Shown here in pieces: positions 25,548 to 35,192 of a stretch of DNA of 41,424 bases. A program made the position numbers and the translations under genes. The stretch is from positions 1-41,424 of the forward strand of contig CAZRTO010000003.1 of NCBI GenBank assembly GCA_964603025.1. The letters run 5' to 3'. Numbering within the stretch: the first letter of the stretch is position 1; each line of letters starts with the position of its first letter. The notes under the pieces are model-generated. The model was not told the origin of the DNA and did no database searches. It worked only from the letters and a program-made list of their open reading frames with translations. The DNA is from an uncultured bacterium. Its GTDB lineage: Bacteria > Margulisbacteria > WOR-1 > JAKLHX01.

Positions 25548-27518
25548 GTGACCTCATTTACGCTGAAAGCCCCTTTTAAACCCACAGGAGACCAGCCAAG
25601 GGCGATCGATGAGCTTGTGTCGCTGGTAGACGCTGGAGATAAATATTCCACTCTTCTTGGTGTCACCGGTTCCGGCAAGACATATACGATGGCCAGTGTG
25701 ATCGCCAGACTCAACCGTCCGGCCTTGGTGATCTCTCCTAATAAAACGCTTGCCGCGCAGCTGTGCCAGGAGTTCAGGGGTTTCTTCCCGAACAACGCTG
25801 TTGAATACTTCGTAAGCTACTACGACTATTATCAGCCCGAGGCTTACATGCCGACCACGGATACATATATAGAAAAGGACTCCGCTATCAATCAGGAAAT
25901 AGACCGCCTAAGGCACAAGGCCACGATGTCTCTCTTTGAAAGACGGGACGTGATAGTTGTCGCGTCGGTATCGTGCATATACGGCCTTGGAACGCCGGCC
26001 AATTATCTCGAAGGCTCCATAAAAATAACCGCGAAGCAAAAACTGGACAGGGATGAACTGCTTTATCAGCTCATCGGGATAAAATATGAAAGGAATGAAA
26101 CGGCGCTTGAAAGGGGCAGGTTCAGGGCGAGGGGGGAGACGGTAGAGCTGATCCCTATATACGAGAACAACGTGTTCAGGATAGAGTTTGACGACGAACA
26201 CGTATCAAAGATATTTGAGATCGATCCCGTGACCGGCGAGATCGTATCAAAGCGCGAGCACCTGCATATATTTCCCGCCACGCATTACGTCACTTTCAAG
26301 GACCGCCTCGAGGGATCTTTAAGGAGCATATCAGACGAGCTGGATGTGCGCCTAAAGGAGCTAAAGGACAAGAACAAACTCCTGGAGGCACAGCGGCTTG
26401 AACAGCGGACCAATTTTGATATTGAGATGATCCGCGAGATGGGCTACTGCCACGGCATAGAAAATTACAGCCGTCATCTCGACGGCAGGCGTGCGGGCGA
26501 GCCGCCGGCCACGCTGCTCGATTATTTTTCCAGGGATTTCCTTATGTTCATTGATGAGAGCCATGTGGCGGTGCCTCAGATAGGAGGAATGTATGCGGGC
26601 GATCAGTCAAGAAAAAAAACGCTGATAGACTATGGGTTCAGGCTTCCATCCGCTGCGGATAACAGGCCCCTCAATTTTAATGAGTTCGTTTCAAAAATAG
26701 GACAGTGTGTGTTCGTTTCCGCGACGCCGGGAAAATTCGAGCTGGAGCATTCCAAAAAAGTGGTCGAACAACTGATACGCCCGACAGGGCTGGTGGATCC
26801 GGAGGTCGTGATACGGCCGCAAAAAGGACAGATCAAGGACCTTGTCAAGGAGATCAAGGCGCGCACCGCCAGGAAAGAAAGGGTTCTGGTTACCACGCTT
26901 ACAAAAAGGATGGCTGAAGACCTGGCCGAATACCTGTCCGAAGAGAAAATAAAGGTGCGCTATCTGCACTCGGATATTGACACGCTGGACAGGATCGAGA
27001 TACTCCGCGGCTTGCGCCTCGGCGAATTTGACGTGCTTGTTGGAATTAATCTCTTGAGAGAAGGGCTGGACCTCCCGGAAGTATCGCTTGTTGCGATACT
27101 CGACGCCGACAAAGAAGGCTTTTTAAGGGGCGAAACGGCCTTGATACAGACAATAGGGCGCGCGGCAAGGAACGTTAACGGGCGCGTGATATTGTACGCG
27201 TCGACAATGACCGTCTCAATGAAGAAGGCCGTGAAAGAGACGAACCGTAGACGGGCCGTACAAATAAGGTATAATAAAGAGAACGGTATCGTGCCTCGCA
27301 CGATAATAAAAGAAGTGCGCGATATCGGCCAGCAGCTCAAAGGCGCGGCGAAAGAGAGCGTGAAGAGGCTGAAAGAGGTAATAGACCCGGATGAAGTGCC
27401 GTTCATGATAGCGCAGCTGGAGAGCGAGATGAAGACCGCCGCGGTCGAGCTGGAATTTGAAGAGGCCGCGGAGATAAGGGACAGGATAAAGGAACTTAAG
27501 AAGTTATGGAAAAAATAG
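25548..27518 (+). CDS. uvrB: excinuclease ABC subunit B
   Basis: [28 protein letters not shown], helicase motifs and a C-terminal UVR domain ([17 protein letters not shown]). I place the start at GTG 25548, because the conserved N-terminus begins there and the ATG at 25449 would overlap the divergent gene by 34 nt. The start is uncertain; the gene call is secure. Confidence 0.9.
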   Translation: MTSFTLKAPFKPTGDQPRAIDELVSLVDAGDKYSTLLGVTGSGKTYTMASVIARLNRPALVISPNKTLAAQLCQEFRGFFPNNAVEYFVSYYDYYQPEAYMPTTDTYIEKDSAINQEIDRLRHKATMSLFERRDVIVVASVSCIYGLGTPANYLEGSIKITAKQKLDRDELLYQLIGIKYERNETALERGRFRARGETVELIPIYENNVFRIEFDDEHVSKIFEIDPVTGEIVSKREHLHIFPATHYVTFKDRLEGSLRSISDELDVRLKELKDKNKLLEAQRLEQRTNFDIEMIREMGYCHGIENYSRHLDGRRAGEPPATLLDYFSRDFLMFIDESHVAVPQIGGMYAGDQSRKKTLIDYGFRLPSAADNRPLNFNEFVSKIGQCVFVSATPGKFELEHSKKVVEQLIRPTGLVDPEVVIRPQKGQIKDLVKEIKARTARKERVLVTTLTKRMAEDLAEYLSEEKIKVRYLHSDIDTLDRIEILRGLRLGEFDVLVGINLLREGLDLPEVSLVAILDADKEGFLRGETALIQTIGRAARNVNGRVILYASTMTVSMKKAVKETNRRRAVQIRYNKENGIVPRTIIKEVRDIGQQLKGAAKESVKRLKEVIDPDEVPFMIAQLESEMKTAAVELEFEEAAEIRDRIKELKKLWKK

Positions 27519-28387
27519 GAAGACTGATAACGGCTATGGTCACTCCTTTTGACGAAAAAGGAGCCGTCAACTTTGCCATGGTCGACAGGCTGGTCGCCCA
27601 CCTTATAGCCAGCGGGTCGGAAGGCATCGTGGTGCATGGCACTACCGGAGAATCTCCCACTTTGACGCACGAAGAAGAGTACGAGATGTACAAAGCGGTA
27701 AAAAAAGCGGCCGCCGGCAAAGTCTCTGTCATAGCCGGTACGGGCTCCAATTCCACCGAGACCACGATCAGATCAACGAAAAGGGCGGAAGAGATCGGTT
27801 GTGATGCCGCGCTGCTTGTTGTGCCATACTACAACAAGCCTTCCCAGGAGGGGCTCTACAGGCATTTCAAAGCGGTAGCCGACAATTCCAGCATCCCGCT
27901 GATACTTTACAACATCCCGGGACGCACCGGAATAAATATGCTCCCTGAAACAATAGCCAGGCTTTCGCAGATAAAGAACTTTATCGGAGTGAAGGATGCC
28001 GCAGGCGATGTGAACCAGACCTCTATGATAAAGATGCTCTGCAGAAAAAACTTCAATATATGGAGCGGTGACGACAGCCTGACGCTGCCGATGATGTCCG
28101 TGGGCGGTTACGGAGTGATCTCCGTCGCGTCACATCTTGTGGGCAAAGACATCAAAGCCATGCTTGACGCCTTTGTTGCCGGAGATGCCGGCAAGGCGGC
28201 GGATATTCATATAAGGCTGATGCCGATATTCAAGGTGCTTTTTATCACCAGCAATCCGTCGCCGCTCAAATACGCCCTTAAAGCCGCGGGTCTCGACTGC
28301 GGGGTCCCAAGATTGCCGCTCGTCGAGCCGGCGGATAAAGAAAAAGAAGCCGTGTCCGCGGTAATGAAAGAACTGAAACTGATTTGA
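27506..28387 (+). CDS. dapA: 4-hydroxy-tetrahydrodipicolinate synthase
   Basis: 293 aa. [35 protein letters not shown] and the active-site Lys context IGVKDA. Confidence 0.95.
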   Translation: MEKIGRLITAMVTPFDEKGAVNFAMVDRLVAHLIASGSEGIVVHGTTGESPTLTHEEEYEMYKAVKKAAAGKVSVIAGTGSNSTETTIRSTKRAEEIGCDAALLVVPYYNKPSQEGLYRHFKAVADNSSIPLILYNIPGRTGINMLPETIARLSQIKNFIGVKDAAGDVNQTSMIKMLCRKNFNIWSGDDSLTLPMMSVGGYGVISVASHLVGKDIKAMLDAFVAGDAGKAADIHIRLMPIFKVLFITSNPSPLKYALKAAGLDCGVPRLPLVEPADKEKEAVSAVMKELKLI

Positions 28388-30081
28388 AAAAGATGCCTTT
28401 CCGCTTTTTCAGGAAAAAGCAGAAAACACAACAGCTTGAACTTATCCATCTCGGAGGGCAGGGCGAGATCGGCAAGAATATGACCCTCCTCAAGTACGGC
28501 GGAAATATCCTGATAATCGACTGCGGTATGAAATTCCCCGATGACGATATGCCCGGTGTCGACAAACTGCTTCCTGACATGTCTTTTGTCAAACAGCACA
28601 AAGATCAGGTGCGCGGACTTATCCTGACGCACGGACATGAGGACCATATAGGAGCGATCCCATACCTGCTTAGAGAAGTTAACGTGCCGGTCTACGGGAC
28701 AAAGCTGACCTTGGGTCTGGTAGAAAGAAAGCTGAAGGAATATAAACTTCCTAAAAAACCGCAGCTGCACGTGATAAAGCCTAAAGATGAGATAAAACTG
28801 GGATCTTTTGTTGTCGAGCCGATAAGGGTTTGCCACAGCATACCGGACGCGGTCGCTTTTGCCGTAAAGACGCCCATAGGGACCGTCGTGCATACAGGTG
28901 ATTTCAAGATAGATTATTCTCCGATAGACCGCCAGCAGATCGACCTGCCGCGTTTTACCGACCTGGGCAAGGAAGGCGTGCTTCTCCTTTTGTCCGATTC
29001 CACTAACGCGGATTCGGAGGGGACTACTCCGTCGGAGAGCACGGTGTCCAGATTCTTCGATAAATTTCTCAATTACAGGAACGGCAGGATAATCGTCGCC
29101 TCATTTGCTTCAAACATACACCGCATACAGCAGATCTTCGACTTCGCCGCGAAGTACGGCAAAAAGGTCGCTATCTCGGGCTTAAGCATGCAGGCTGTTA
29201 CGGAAAAAGCAAAAGAGCTCGGATATTTGCACTATAACGACGAAATAATGGTCAAGCTCAACGATATTTCCAGGGTGCCGCACAACAAGCTTGTCATTAT
29301 AACTACCGGATCTCAGGGCGAACCGATGGCAGCGCTATCGCGGATGGCAGCGGGAGAGCACAAGCAGATCAAGATACAGAAAGGCGACAGGATAATCATC
29401 TCCGCGACTCCGATCCCGGGAAATGAAAAAGCCATCTATAAGACTATAAACAGCCTGTGCAAGCTGGGCGCGGAAGTGATCTATGAAGAAAAACACGGGT
29501 TGCATGTTTCGGGGCACGGCGCGGTAGAGGACATGAAACAACTCCTGAGGCTGCTCAAACCGAAGTATTTCGTTCCGACCCACGGCGAATACAGGCATAT
29601 GACCTCGCATGCCAAGATCGCCGAAAGATGCGGGGTAAAACACGAGAACATTTTTGTGAACGATAACGGCGACAGGCTTGTTATCACAAAGGACAAAGCC
29701 TCCAAGGCGCCGCCCCTGCCTATAGCTAATATTTTTGTCGACGGAACCGGGGTGGGTGACATAAGCAGGGAGATACTTGTAGAGCGTACACAACTTTCCG
29801 AGGGCGGACTGATCATAGTTAACGTGCGCGTTTCCCGGTCGGATTTTAAAGTGCTTTCCGATCCGGAGATAGAGACCAAAGGGTTTGTCTTTGTAAAAGC
29901 GAACGAGGACCTGATGAAAAAGTCCAAAGAAACGGTCCGGAGCGTCCTGGGCAGGTATTTCAGACAGCGCAACCGCAACATCCCCGCGATAAAGGCCGAG
30001 ATCCAAAAAGACCTGGGCAAGCTCATCCTCAAGAAGACCGAGCGACGGCCGGTGATAGTCGCGGTGATAAATCAGATCTGA
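28384..30081 (+). CDS. rnj: ribonuclease J (MBL / beta-CASP)
   Basis: 565 aa. LGGQGEIGKN, THGHEDHIGAIPYL, beta-CASP region and HVSGHG. The listed start is a TTG overlapping the dapA stop; the in-frame ATG at 28393 is an equally plausible start. Confidence 0.9.
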   Translation: MKKMPFRFFRKKQKTQQLELIHLGGQGEIGKNMTLLKYGGNILIIDCGMKFPDDDMPGVDKLLPDMSFVKQHKDQVRGLILTHGHEDHIGAIPYLLREVNVPVYGTKLTLGLVERKLKEYKLPKKPQLHVIKPKDEIKLGSFVVEPIRVCHSIPDAVAFAVKTPIGTVVHTGDFKIDYSPIDRQQIDLPRFTDLGKEGVLLLLSDSTNADSEGTTPSESTVSRFFDKFLNYRNGRIIVASFASNIHRIQQIFDFAAKYGKKVAISGLSMQAVTEKAKELGYLHYNDEIMVKLNDISRVPHNKLVIITTGSQGEPMAALSRMAAGEHKQIKIQKGDRIIISATPIPGNEKAIYKTINSLCKLGAEVIYEEKHGLHVSGHGAVEDMKQLLRLLKPKYFVPTHGEYRHMTSHAKIAERCGVKHENIFVNDNGDRLVITKDKASKAPPLPIANIFVDGTGVGDISREILVERTQLSEGGLIIVNVRVSRSDFKVLSDPEIETKGFVFVKANEDLMKKSKETVRSVLGRYFRQRNRNIPAIKAEIQKDLGKLILKKTERRPVIVAVINQI

Positions 30082-30114
30082 TCCTTTGTTTGCAGATTAA
30101 GCCATTTCTGCTAA

Positions 30115-30120
30115 TATAAT
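30115..30120 (+). promoter_or_regulatory. -10 hexamer TATAAT 7 nt upstream of the hydantoinase-family ATG
   Basis: tataat at 30115-30120, then ccgtaag, then ATG at 30128. Possible -35 TTGCAG at 30090-30095 (19-nt spacer). Confidence 0.35.
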
Positions 30121-30127
30121 CCGTAAG

Positions 30128-32224
30128 ATGCCAAAATACCGTATCGGGATAGATGTCGGCGGCACTTTCACTCATGCCGTCGCGCTGAACAACGACACCT
30201 ACGAGCTGGCCGGACAGGCAAAGGTGCAGACCACTCACACCGCAAGGGAAGGCGTTGCCAAAGGGATAATCGAAGCCCTGAACGAGTTGATCAGGGCCGT
30301 CCCTTTGGATCCGCAGGACGTCATTTTTATAGCGCACAGCACGACACAGGCGACGAATGCGCTTCTTGAAGGCGATGTCGCGTGCGTGGGGATCGTTGCG
30401 ATGGGAAGAGGGTTAGAGGGAAAGAGAGTTAGAAGTGAAACGGATGTCGGGGATATAGCTCTTGGGGAAGGCAAGGGGATACGTGTTTTACATTCATATA
30501 TTGATATCGGTTCCCTGACCGATGAGAACATACGCAAAGAGATATTAAGACTTCAGGAAAAAGGCGCTCTGTCAATAGTCGCGTCGGAGGCGTTCTCGGT
30601 GGATGACCCGTCAAATGAGGAGAGGATCAAGAATATCGCTATCGGCCTGGGACTGCCTGCCACCGGGACTTATGAGATCTCCGGACTTTACGGCCTCAGG
30701 ATAAGGACAAGGACCGCGGCCGTGAACGCGAGCATCCTGCCGAAGATGATCGAGGCGGCTCTTGCCACGGAAAAATGCGTTAAAGAAACAGGAATAAAAG
30801 CTCCTCTGATGATAATGCGCAGCGACGGGGGCGTAATGAGCATAGACCAGATGAAGAAAAGGCCGATACTCACCATACTTTCCGGGCCCGCGGCCGGGAT
30901 CGCTTCCGCGCTTTTGTACGCCAAAATATCGGACGGCATATTTTTGGAGGTCGGAGGCACCAGTACTGACATAGCAGTTATCAGGAACGGCAAAGCCGTG
31001 GTGAGGTCCGCTGAGATAGGGGGGCGCAAACTTTTCCTGCGCACGCTTGATTCAAGGACTGTCGGTATAGCCGGAGGGTCACTTCCGGTGTTCAACGGAG
31101 GAAAACTGTCCGATGTGGGGCCTCGCAGCGCTCATATTGCAGGGCTGAAATACTCATGTTTTTGTGATTATATTGTCGGGGCGGGTTTAAAACCCGCCCT
31201 TACAGAAGACGGATATTTCTCTATTGAAGGCGGTATCACGGTAACGACCACATGCGCGGCCAATTACCTCGGGCTGGTAAAGCTCGGGGATTGGGCATAT
31301 GGAGACAAGAAGAAGGCCGAGGCTGCACTGCGACGACTGGGCGATCCAAAAGCGGTAGCCGGCGAAATAATGAAAAAAGCGTCAGACAAGGTCGTAAAGG
31401 TCATAAAGCAGCTCATCAGGGACTACAAAATAGAGAAACAACAATCAGTTCTGATCGGAGGCGGCGGCGGTGCGGCCGCGATAGTTCCTTTTACGGCTTC
31501 CGCCATGGGACTTCCTTTCAGGATCGCTCAAAACCATGCCGTTATTTCAGCGATAGGCGCCGCGCTTGCCATGGTCACCGATACGATAGAAAGGTCCTGC
31601 CAGTCCCCGACAGAGGATGATATTGCCAGGATAAGAAAGGACGCTGAAAGCTCCGTGTCCGCGATGGGGGCGGCTCCGGGCAGCGTGGAGGTTTCGGTCG
31701 AGGTCGACCGTCAAAAGAACATACTGAGAGCGACGGCCTGCGGCACGACCGAGCTAAGGAACAAGGACCTTTTGATCAGGATGCCGTCCAAAGAGGAGAA
31801 GCTCTCTGCCGCGGCGGCATCTCTCGGGGTTGATCCTTCGGCCGTATCGCCTGTCTTTGAAGGGGACCACCATACGGTATGGGCGGCGTCATGCGAAAAA
31901 AAATATCTTTTCGGGCTTATGTGCTCCCGCACTCGGCCGGTGAGGGTTATGGACAGGGAAGGTCTGATCAGGCTTGCAAAGAACAACGCCGCGGTCAGAG
32001 AATCCCGGGTAGGGGTCGTGTCTGCAGATCTGGCGCGTTTCGTGGAGGAACACACGACTTTCGGTGATGCCGGAGCGAGAATGCCTCAAACCTATGTTCT
32101 GGCAGGCCACAGGATAATAGACCTTTCGGGAATGCCTGATCCGGGAAAAATGGCGGCTCTTCTTAAAATGGAGACTTCCGGAATGAGAGACGATGAAAAA
32201 GCCGTGATAATATTGGGGCTATAA
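30128..32224 (+). CDS. hydantoinase/oxoprolinase-family (HyuA-like, ASKHA-fold) protein
   Basis: 698 aa. N-terminal IGIDVGGTFTHAV phosphate-1 motif. Second ASKHA motif FLEVGGTSTDIAV. No HyuB-like partner is adjacent. Confidence 0.8.
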   Translation: MPKYRIGIDVGGTFTHAVALNNDTYELAGQAKVQTTHTAREGVAKGIIEALNELIRAVPLDPQDVIFIAHSTTQATNALLEGDVACVGIVAMGRGLEGKRVRSETDVGDIALGEGKGIRVLHSYIDIGSLTDENIRKEILRLQEKGALSIVASEAFSVDDPSNEERIKNIAIGLGLPATGTYEISGLYGLRIRTRTAAVNASILPKMIEAALATEKCVKETGIKAPLMIMRSDGGVMSIDQMKKRPILTILSGPAAGIASALLYAKISDGIFLEVGGTSTDIAVIRNGKAVVRSAEIGGRKLFLRTLDSRTVGIAGGSLPVFNGGKLSDVGPRSAHIAGLKYSCFCDYIVGAGLKPALTEDGYFSIEGGITVTTTCAANYLGLVKLGDWAYGDKKKAEAALRRLGDPKAVAGEIMKKASDKVVKVIKQLIRDYKIEKQQSVLIGGGGGAAAIVPFTASAMGLPFRIAQNHAVISAIGAALAMVTDTIERSCQSPTEDDIARIRKDAESSVSAMGAAPGSVEVSVEVDRQKNILRATACGTTELRNKDLLIRMPSKEEKLSAAAASLGVDPSAVSPVFEGDHHTVWAASCEKKYLFGLMCSRTRPVRVMDREGLIRLAKNNAAVRESRVGVVSADLARFVEEHTTFGDAGARMPQTYVLAGHRIIDLSGMPDPGKMAALLKMETSGMRDDEKAVIILGL

Positions 32225-32713
32225 ATGGCAAAAGAGATAAAACCTGGAAAAAAGTTCAAATACTCGCTTGACAGTGTACTCAAAGTCAAGGAGATACGCG
32301 AAAAAAAAGAGCAGGAGAAATTTGCGCTCAGGCAGAAAGAGTACTATGAAGAAAAAATGAAGGAACAGCGCATTCAGGATGAAAAGCGCGGCCAGGCCAA
32401 TGAATTCAAAAAACTCGTTTCAAAAGGCGCCATTCCGGATTTCGGCAATGTTCTTTCACGAAGGCAGCATCTGATCGTGCTTAAAGAGGCCCTGGACCAG
32501 CAGATAGAAAAGGTCATAGAATCCAGCCAGAAGCTCGAGAAGCAGCGCGAAAAGCTGCTCGAATCCATGAAGGAACGCAAGATAATCGAGAAGGACAAGG
32601 ACAACAAGAAAAAACAATACGACGAAGTGATGAAACAATATGAGATAAAATTCCTGGACGAAGTAGCCACGCTAAGGTTCAGCAGGGACAAAGGTAAGGA
32701 AAAAGTGCTTTGA
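32225..32713 (+). CDS. FliJ-like coiled-coil protein (K/E-rich), assignment tentative
   Basis: 162 aa. N-terminal FKYSLDSVLKVKE resembles the F+F.L.K+L..+E start of FliJ family proteins. The rest is predicted coiled coil, with an ...EKDKDNKKKQYDEVMKQYEIKFLDEVA C-terminal pattern. The ATG follows the upstream TAA with no spacer. Confidence 0.5.
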   Translation: MAKEIKPGKKFKYSLDSVLKVKEIREKKEQEKFALRQKEYYEEKMKEQRIQDEKRGQANEFKKLVSKGAIPDFGNVLSRRQHLIVLKEALDQQIEKVIESSQKLEKQREKLLESMKERKIIEKDKDNKKKQYDEVMKQYEIKFLDEVATLRFSRDKGKEKVL

Positions 32714-32715
32714 GC

Positions 32716-32907
32716 TCAGACGGCTTTTTTTACCTTGCCGGATTTAAGACATTTGGTGCAGACATACTCTTTCAGCTTTTTGCCCTTATAGAGAATGTTG
32801 AGCTTCTGCAGATTGGGCAGCCAGCGCCTTTTGGTCTTAATGTTCGAATGGGAGACCCTGTTGCCCGATAAAGAACCCTTGTTGCATACGAAACATCTTC
32901 TTGACAT
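32716..32907 (-). CDS. rpmB: 50S ribosomal protein L28
   Basis: The conserved L28 N-terminus [22 protein letters not shown] starts at the internal ATG (reverse complement of cat at 32905-32907) with GGAG 8-10 nt upstream. The 83-aa listed ORF is an upstream over-extension. Confidence 0.9.
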   Translation of the reverse strand: MSRRCFVCNKGSLSGNRVSHSNIKTKRRWLPNLQKLNILYKGKKLKEYVCTKCLKSGKVKKAV

Positions 32908-32946
32908 TATTTCTTCAACTCCTGTAATAAATATACCATAATGAAA

Positions 32947-32986
32947 AAGGCCCGTAAAGGCCCGCAAGGTGATGAAGGGCAGAAGG
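32947..32986 (+). repeat. ~40-nt intergenic repeat, copy 2 (more diverged): AAGGCCCGTAAAGGCCCGCAAGGTGATGAAGGGCAGAAGG
   Basis: Same GGCCC-TAAAGG-GGCCC core. Forms an imperfect inverted pair with 33028-33067. Confidence 0.65.
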
Positions 32987-33027
32987 CATGAACGGTATAA
33001 GACAGAAAATTCTTAAGCCATTTAACT

Positions 33028-33067
33028 CCTCTGCCTTTTTACGCTTTATGGGCCTCTATGGGCCCTT
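33028..33067 (-). repeat. ~40-nt intergenic repeat, copy 3 (inverted); reverse complement is AAGGGCCCATAGAGGCCCATAAAGCGTAAAAAGGCAGAGG
   Basis: Hand alignment with copy 1 gives 32/40 identity. An extra partial unit (ttacgggcc) lies at 33081-33089. Confidence 0.75.
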
Positions 33068-33101
33068 GCCAAATAGTTCCTTACGGGCCGCTCTTCTGTT
33101 A

Positions 33102-33110
33102 TGTTAAAAT
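33102..33110 (+). promoter_or_regulatory. extended -10 element (TGtTAAAAT) 9 nt upstream of the recG ATG
   Basis: tgttaaaat at 33102-33110, then taccctaaa, then ATG at 33120. No SD. Confidence 0.4.
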
Positions 33111-33119
33111 TACCCTAAA

Positions 33120-35192
33120 ATGCCTCCAAATCTCGATACCAACATACAGTACCTAAAGGGAGTCGGTCCGCACATGGCGCGGCTTTTTTCAAAGATCGGG
33201 ATCCGCACCGTCAGGGACCTGTTCTACTACTTCCCGCGCGACTGGGAAGACCGCCGCAATGTCATGAGGATTTCTTCGGTCACTCCGGGCACCGATGTTC
33301 TGATAAAAGGCCATATAAAGAAAGTTTCCCATCAAAGGACAGGGAAGGGATTCCACATCGTCAAAGCCCTGGTAGGCGATGACAGCGCTTCGATCATTGC
33401 TTCGTGGTTCAACCAGCAGTTCGTAAAGAACGTTCTTGAGAAGAACCGGGCCAGGCAGATAATGATCTCCGGCAGGGCGGATATCAATCAATATTCCGGT
33501 GCTTTGGAAGTGTCCGTAAAGGATCATGAATTCCTTGACCCGGACAAGGACTCTCCGGCTATAGTCCCAAAGTATCCTCTTACTGAGGGCCTATATCAAA
33601 AAAGGCTGCGCGCCGTTATGAAAATGCTTTTGTCCGACCATTGCGGTCTGATCAGCGACCATATGCCGGAAGAGCTTCTTTCAGCGGCCGGGCTTCCCGG
33701 CCTTGCCCAGTCTATCTTAAATATGCATTTTCCTTCCGACCTGGCGGAGATGGACATATACAGAAAACGCCTGGTTTTTGATGATTTCTTCATACTTCAG
33801 CTCGCGCTGGCCCTGCGACGGAGAAAGGTCCGAGCGGGCAACAAAGCCCGCAGGGCAAAAACTGACAACGACTTGCTCGAAAGGTTCGAGAACGCTTTGC
33901 CTTTCAGCCTTACTAATGCCCAGAAGAGGGTCTTTGAAGAGATCAGGAAAGATATGGAAGGCGAAAAGCCCATGAACCGGCTAGTTCAGGGGGATGTGGG
34001 ATCCGGCAAGACCATTGTCGCGGTCGGCGCGGCGCTGATCGCGATAGGCAGCGGACAACAGGCGGCCCTCATGGTGCCAACCGAGATACTGGCCAGACAG
34101 CATTATGAGAAGATAAGCGCGCTGCTTGCGCCTATGGGCATAGAGGTTAAGATCCTTACGGGGTCGGACAGGACTTCCGAAAAAAAGAGAACAAAGGCCG
34201 CCGCCTCTTCCAAAGGACCGTGCCTTTTTGTGGGCACACACGCCCTGATCTCCCGGGATGTGATCTTTGAGGACCTTGGCCTGGTCATCGTGGATGAACA
34301 GCACCGGTTCGGCGTCTCTCAGAGAATGGCGCTAAAACAAAAAGGCACCAATCCGGACCTGCTGGTGATGACGGCCACCCCTATACCCAGGACGCTTTCG
34401 CTTACTCTTTACGGGGACCTTGACAGGTCCGTTATAGACGAACTTCCGCCGGGCCGGAAAGCTATCATTACCAGGTATGTGGAAGAAAAGAAACGTTCGC
34501 AAATGAACGAATTTCTGAGACAGAAGATGAAAGAGGGGCGTCAGGTCTATGTGGTCTGTCCTCTAATAGAAGAGACGGAAAAAAGCGATCTGGCGGCTGC
34601 CAAAGAGACCGCCGGGGATCTGGTCCGGATATTTCCCGAGTTCCGTGTCGCGCTGCTGCACGGCAAGATGAAAACCGAGGAAAAAGACAGGGTCATGTCC
34701 GATTTTAAGGACGGAAAGATAAACCTGCTGGTCTCAACCACTGTTATAGAGGTCGGGATAGACGTGCAAAATGCCGTTGTCATGGCGGTAGAACATGTGG
34801 AAAGGTTCGGCCTTTCGCAGCTTCACCAGCTCAGGGGGCGTATCGGTCGCGGGGACGCTCAATCTTATTGCCTTATGCTCGGGAATCCTTCGACATACGA
34901 GAGCCGGGAGCGCGTAAAGGCCATGACAGAGACCTGCGACGGTTTTAAGATAGCCGAAGCCGACCTCAAGCTGAGAGGCCCCGGAGAGGTGCTCGGGGTC
35001 AGACAGTCCGGGTTGCCTGAATTTAAGATCGCGGACCTTGCCAAGGATGCGGACATATTGGCCCAGGCCAGGAAGGCGGCCTTTGATCTGGTGCTTTCGG
35101 ATCCGTTACTTGAAAAAGGAGAGAACTCGGGGCTGAAAAAAGAGATCAGGATCAGATTTTCTTCTTCCGACGGAAAGGACATGTTCAATTAA
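33120..35192 (+). CDS. recG: ATP-dependent DNA helicase RecG
   Basis: 690 aa. Wedge domain, GDVGSGKT (Walker A), DEQHRFG and QLHQLRGRIGRG motifs. Confidence 0.95.
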   Translation: MPPNLDTNIQYLKGVGPHMARLFSKIGIRTVRDLFYYFPRDWEDRRNVMRISSVTPGTDVLIKGHIKKVSHQRTGKGFHIVKALVGDDSASIIASWFNQQFVKNVLEKNRARQIMISGRADINQYSGALEVSVKDHEFLDPDKDSPAIVPKYPLTEGLYQKRLRAVMKMLLSDHCGLISDHMPEELLSAAGLPGLAQSILNMHFPSDLAEMDIYRKRLVFDDFFILQLALALRRRKVRAGNKARRAKTDNDLLERFENALPFSLTNAQKRVFEEIRKDMEGEKPMNRLVQGDVGSGKTIVAVGAALIAIGSGQQAALMVPTEILARQHYEKISALLAPMGIEVKILTGSDRTSEKKRTKAAASSKGPCLFVGTHALISRDVIFEDLGLVIVDEQHRFGVSQRMALKQKGTNPDLLVMTATPIPRTLSLTLYGDLDRSVIDELPPGRKAIITRYVEEKKRSQMNEFLRQKMKEGRQVYVVCPLIEETEKSDLAAAKETAGDLVRIFPEFRVALLHGKMKTEEKDRVMSDFKDGKINLLVSTTVIEVGIDVQNAVVMAVEHVERFGLSQLHQLRGRIGRGDAQSYCLMLGNPSTYESRERVKAMTETCDGFKIAEADLKLRGPGEVLGVRQSGLPEFKIADLAKDADILAQARKAAFDLVLSDPLLEKGENSGLKKEIRIRFSSSDGKDMFN

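Noticed and set aside
32225-32713. Calling this locus a flagellar or T3SS gene cluster on the basis of the FliJ-like protein
   Set aside because: No other flagellar or T3SS gene is present in 41 kb. K/E-rich coiled coils give spurious family resemblances. The protein is reported only as FliJ-like, with low confidence.
32908-32967. 20-aa N-terminal extension of L28 (83-aa ORF) and the 12-aa extension of L31 (10872-10907)
   Set aside because: The conserved ribosomal-protein N-termini start at the internal ATG (with a GGAG SD) and the internal GTG respectively. The extensions are ORF-caller maximal-length artefacts.
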